NCBI GenBank assembly: GCA_000934665.2
Contig: JYFJ02002703.1
Location: 1 to 52,300 of the forward strand
DNA: 52,300 bases
DNA from: Catajapyx aquilonaris
Taxonomy: Eukaryota
Direction of reading: 5' to 3'
Below the pieces are notes generated by a model. The model was not told the DNA's origin. It saw nothing but the letters and a program-made list of their open reading frames with translations, and searched no databases. Both the position numbers and the translations under genes were made by a program. This document shows, piece after piece, positions 46,982 through 52,300 of the stretch. How positions within the stretch are numbered: the first letter of the stretch is position 1; each line of letters starts with the position of its first letter.

Positions 46982-49900
46982 CTGAAAAGAAGGCCAGAGG
47001 AATAAATAACAAGCGCATCCAGTCGGTCACCGATGTCATAACAACTCGTTGGCACGGGCTTGGAGGATAGGATTCAACCTGCCTGCTGAGGTCACGTACT
47101 GCACACATGACTCATGTCCCACCACGTGGAGTTGTTTCCCCCGCACATGTCACCCCGTAGACATATGGTACGCGCTTTATGGAATTTTGAGGCCTTTTTG
47201 ACCGGTTTTCCTACAGTCGAATAAAAAAATATGCAAAAAAAAAAGAATGGGCGGAAAAGGTCTGAAAAGGCCATCAATGTCCATCAGTCAGTCGACATCT
47301 CGTTATCCAAATACAAATCAGGGGATGATCCGTCATCCTGTCGTCGGCAAGGGACTTGAGAGGCCAGCAAGTGAGCAAACATGATTCGGGAGCACCTCAT
47401 CGTTGTTCCCTTCATGTTTCTGTCGCTTTTTTTTGTACGCAAAGTGCACATTTGATTTCACCCCATACCTGCGAAAGTCTTGATACAAAAATGATGACAA
47501 TGGCTAGGTGTGGTCTTCTGTACTCGTCTTAATTCTTTTCTACCCACGCTAACGTTTTATTCCCCCATTACACATCACACATGGTTTGCGAAAGGCGCGC
47601 AACATTTCCACTCTCTTTTTCTGGAACTGCGGCGCAGACATGCAAAGGTGATCACTTCTCATAAAATCCTTAGAGTGAAGTCGTCTTAGTGCCGACTCGA
47701 GTCCATAAAAAGTGTGAATGGAGTTGGGAGAAGAGTTGTACCATTTTCCCCCTCGAGAGATACCCCCTTGTTTTTGTGCTCCCCAACCATTCTAGCTAAT
47801 CGTCTTCGCATTAAGAGGACCACCTTAAGTCAAGGATCATTACATATCCTAGTAATAGTACGTTCTTTCTATTTTTGAACCCTCCGCGCAGAAAAATGTC
47901 TGCCACGAAAATAGCATAATTTTGCAGAGTCGAAAGTGATTCCACTCGTTTCTTTTTCTTCCTCGTCTCATCCCGCACAAATTTGGAAAAGAACAGGGGA
48001 GCAATATCTAAATATAGGCCAGCAAGGCAGAGGGAAATACGGGCCTAGCGTACCCCTGAAATCTTCGCCTACGAAATCCTATTAGTAGGCGTGTAAAATA
48101 TCCAGCGCACGTGCTCCTGGCGGGCAAGCCATCTTCTGGCGGATTATTGGCGTCATTCCTGTTGCCATGCTTCTTCCGGTTCGCCATCTTTCATTGCTCC
48201 TCGTCTGTTGGCTGCCCACCCATGGAAACAGGTCCGAATATCGCATGCAATCCAAACACAAGGGCGTACGGAGGCGATGTTTTTGCCCATATACGAAACT
48301 AGTATGAGTTTTGGAGGCTCGGGTTTCATTCATTCAGGCCTTCACTCTTCTATATATGGAGGAGTGCGAGATCTCATTTAGCTGACAGTGGCCTAAGGGG
48401 CAAGTTTGCACGCCAAGTTTCATGCCGGACGTTGTCGATCAAGTTCATTCATTTGCAAAAATTAAAAGGGGTGTTGGGTGGTCATATGATTTGTTGTGTA
48501 TGGGTGTCGGCGGTATATACTGAATATCTGAAAGAATTGGGCAAAGTGAAAAAGTGGGCTCGACCCTGTGTTATATCGTTAGATCAGGCCACGAAGGCGC
48601 CAGACCAACGGGCGTCGTTAGTGGGGAAACGTGATCTCACATTTTTGGGGGGTTGCCACCTGTTTATTCACACGTATGTCCAAGCCTGGATCTCAATCAG
48701 GAAGACTTGGCTCAGTCCATTTGCACGTCGGCATCTTACCTTTTGGCAGGATTTCTCTCACTTGCACAGCCTTGACTTCCCTTCAGTGCCAAGGGCCTCG
48801 CCATTAATTATTACGTCACACGTCCGTTTTTGTGTACCGGTATACACCTTACGCCCAGATTCATTTCATGCATTGTCTCGCGCATTTTGCACCCGAGGGG
48901 GTTATAGGGTGGAACTTATATATATTTTCGTTTCGATTCGGATCAATTCGTGACGGTCAACTCATATTTCATTCGATCGTGTTCCATGTACGTTTAATTT
49001 ATTGGTTTAACGGATTTTTCATTCTGAAATATATTCGCCTACCGGGTTGCTGTTTATTTGTTCGCATGTAGAAATTGCGACCGTCCTGTTTCGCCACCAT
49101 ACGCATTATGCGAGCTCACGCTGAACTGATGCACGTTTGTTAGCATTTTGATTGCCCCTCGACGGATAGGCATTATGCATACTAGCAACCCTGATTATGA
49201 TGCAATTTCTTTTGGCGTCCCACATTTTTCTACACCGGAGCTATTGTTGCGGCAGCAAAAAGAGGCGCGGTTGTTGTTTGGCATCGAAAAGCAATTTCTG
49301 GATATTACCCCTCCCACGCCGAGTTGACCTCGGCCGTTAACAGGCGGGATGGTCCTCGACCTCTTCCGTCTTATTTACTTGCCATGTTTTGCGGTTTTTC
49401 CTGAGTAATGATCTAGCCGTGCCTGTGACGTCCAGCATCCACTTACATGGCACTACTCCAAAAAAGCCCACGTGTACATGTTGAACTTTGGATTTTGAGA
49501 TACTTTGGGCTTTTGTATGTGCTTTGTGAATGGTCCGCATGTTTTAGGCGAAGACTACGCGTGGTAGTTGGTATTGCTCCAAAAAATTATTTGTAACAAT
49601 TTATAATAAAATTCTCAAGTACCAAATTATTGGTGCCTTTCAAATGTTTAGGTGCCTGATTTTTTTACGTTTTTTTTTGTCCTTATAATCTAGACCAGGC
49701 TGTTGAAAACACAATGCACGTACACGTTCCCGCATTTTGTGGGTTAATACCAGAACAGCTCCCCAAACGTTAAAAAATTATGATCACTATCTAATCTCTC
49801 GGACCTAACGGTACACGTTGTATCTGGCGGAACACGTTCCGAAGTACCCATAAGTCGTCTGAATCCCAATATTGACTGTGTCCCATGTTGTTTTTTTTTA

Positions 49901-52300
49901 TAAGTGTCCGTTCTACAGGTCCTTCATGAGTCCGTAACGAACAACTTCCTGTTCTTCTTTTCTACCTTCAACAATACCAGTTGAATCACTCCACTATAGA
50001 TGCGCGTGTGAAACATTCAGAGTCTTCGTGACTCTATCCCATTTGTCTGGGCTATCAGGGTTGTGGGGATTGGGAGGGATTTGGTTCAAACCTGAATCGG
50101 AACAATTTGGTCTGGAAGGAGAGCTTCCAGATTCCATGGCGGATTGGTCCAACTAGAATGTGATGATAACACTTTCTAACACGCTAGAATTTCCAAATGA
50201 CATTGTTGGACTCTTAACAACCACAATCACAGTTGGAAGTAGTTGTCGGTAACTAGTACCTGATCAAAGACGAGGATCTTTGGTTTGCAAGCAGCAAGTC
50301 TGGAGCAACAATCCAAGTAGGTCATGCGCGAATTAAGAGGCTTGACCTTTTCTAAATCAGAATCAAGGGTTGCGGGCAAAAAGGCGGCGCCCAACTCCTC
50401 CAAATAAAGGCCCAGACATCAATCCAACCACAACAGGATTGAAAAAGAAAAAGAGGTTCCAAGGTTGGCACAGCTGCGCCAAATTCTTGGACACTTCCTC
50501 ATATCTGTTTACTCATGCTCCAATTCTCGAGGTTTGGCATTGTTGACGGACACTTTGTGCATATTTATTCGGCAATTGATGTTCTCGCGCATTGTGTCAA
50601 AAAAAAATGTGACATGTCATTGCTCGATACTATCCATTCATTCAAATTGTTGGGCAATTCATTTCCCAAGCGAAATTCCACGTGTTTGTAGTCATAAATT
50701 GTGCCAACTTACACCGTGATTAAAAAATAAAAATGCAAAACAGGCAAAGGTCAGGAGGTCATAACCAGAGGGGGATTGCAGTCATTGCAGGGGCGGGAAT
50801 ATAAAATCCCGCAGCCTTGTAGCCGTAAAACTTTGTAAGTTTGTGAGACAGTTAATGAGCGTCGCGCGCGCATCGCCTGAAAAATCAACAACCTTTTACG
50901 ACTATACAACGTATTTAACCTTTCGACCCTCGGCAAGTGTCCTTGAGCTTACAAGGTATCGCATTGGCGAGAATGAATTTTTATGAAGAAGACAGGTGAT
51001 TGCTGCCTTCTTATTTTTGACGAGCAAGGAAACAGGGCTCCCATCATCGATGCGGTTTTACATGACAACGGAAGGATTGGTATCACATGTCACGTGCTGG
51101 TTAGAACGAGGAGAATATGCAAATCCGGGATATCAGCTAGGGGCAATCGTCAGGCGGATCCATTGCGAACTGATGACTTGCCCAGAGACCGTCCAATTAT
51201 ATAGTGTGCGTGTTTGGAACGGGCTTGTAGTCAAGAAGGGTACAAGAAAGATGAAGTGTGTGACGTCATTTGCACAGGATGAACCAGTTGATCATTTTCG
51301 TCTCATAATATTCGCACGGTTCATTTGGCCACCCTGGTATGACTTATGCGCCAATCATAGCAAAATAAGGAAAAATTGGGTAAACTAGAGACGTTGATGC
51401 GATGTACTTAAAACAAGCATGTATATTAAATGTGGTGAAGGTTTTGAGGAAAAGGATTCATCTTCCTAGATCCTCGCTTGTGATATGGTAGCACGCACCC
51501 TTGTTATTGCGGCTCGGAACATGATAATGATGGCCACCACCACGACCATCGCGGGCCGATGCTGATTCTGGGATGGATCTGCCCTAGTTTTCCTCTTTTT
51601 TTGGCCAGGATTAATGCGTGAGATTCACGCCCCCCTGGCCGAATCAATCGTGACAACAATGCATTGTTGTAATGATGCATGGGGTCATGGTAGTTATCGT
51701 TGAATGGGCACACTCCTTGACGGTAAATTATGTAGATTTATGGTAAAATGATGTAAATCTCAATGAACACTTAAAATTGATGCATAATTTATCGCTATTT
51801 AAAATTCGAGACAATATTGGTAATTAATATTTTCACAATAAACGCGACATATTTAAAAATTACACGATAAAATTGAGCCACCGACACTGACAACTAAAAT
51901 GTGCATGTGGGAGGTGTACAAATACAATTAATACATTCGCCGGCATATTTTGATACGGATCGCAGCTGCTCTCCAGTACAAAGCAAATGCATATGAACCG
52001 ACAAATGTGGAAGCTTATATTCAGTAATAACTCTGCAGCATTACGGATGTCACAAACTCGTTTTTGACTTGTGGTTCACAGTCATGGAAGATTCTCAGAA
52101 ATCTTCTTAGTCGACCAAGCTTGAAAGAGTCTGCATATGGCGACCAGGAAGAGTAGGGGCGTACACAAAAAGCACTTCAACTTTTCCCTACATGAAGACC
52201 CAAATACTTGCTCTGATCTGAAAATATTGGGACACCCCCAAAAAATGGAGTGGTGGGGTTATACACAGGATGTGATAAAAAGTTTCCATTAAGATTATCT

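Noticed and set aside
48432..48953. 173-aa plus-strand ORF and other intronic or intergenic ORFs under 150 aa
   Set aside because: No recognisable motifs or supporting splice structure; expected by chance.
1..52300. CRISPR arrays, rRNA, operons, intact retroelement ORFs
   Set aside because: None seen; no regularly spaced repeats or RT/integrase motifs were found by eye.

Overview
Eukaryotic (invertebrate animal, probably protostome) genomic DNA, AT-rich, with spliceosomal introns and many small transposon relics; no prokaryotic features. Three protein-coding genes could be reconstructed by hand with GT-AG junctions and consistent phases. (1) A MyoR/musculin/TCF21-family bHLH gene (+, 20380-23507). 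(2) A 5-exon, 137-aa RidA/YjgF/UK114 gene (+, 27926-28905). (3) A ~1000-aa collagen IX-like FACIT collagen (-, at least 46981 down to 29644) with signal peptide, TSPN/NC4 domain, interrupted triple helix, NC2 coiled coil, COL1 and a Cys-containing C-tail. The most notable observation is a pair of paralogous 102-nt, same-phase exons in the collagen that encode two versions of the C-terminal half of the NC2 chain-selection domain. These look like mutually exclusive exons, and candidate competing RNA pairings lie nearby. The rest of the window holds a decayed Tc1 transposon, many MITEs (Tc1/mariner, pogo, hAT), tRNA-derived SINEs, several perfect palindromes and a possible small orphan membrane-protein gene. 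All coordinates were derived by eye and no database searches were run.
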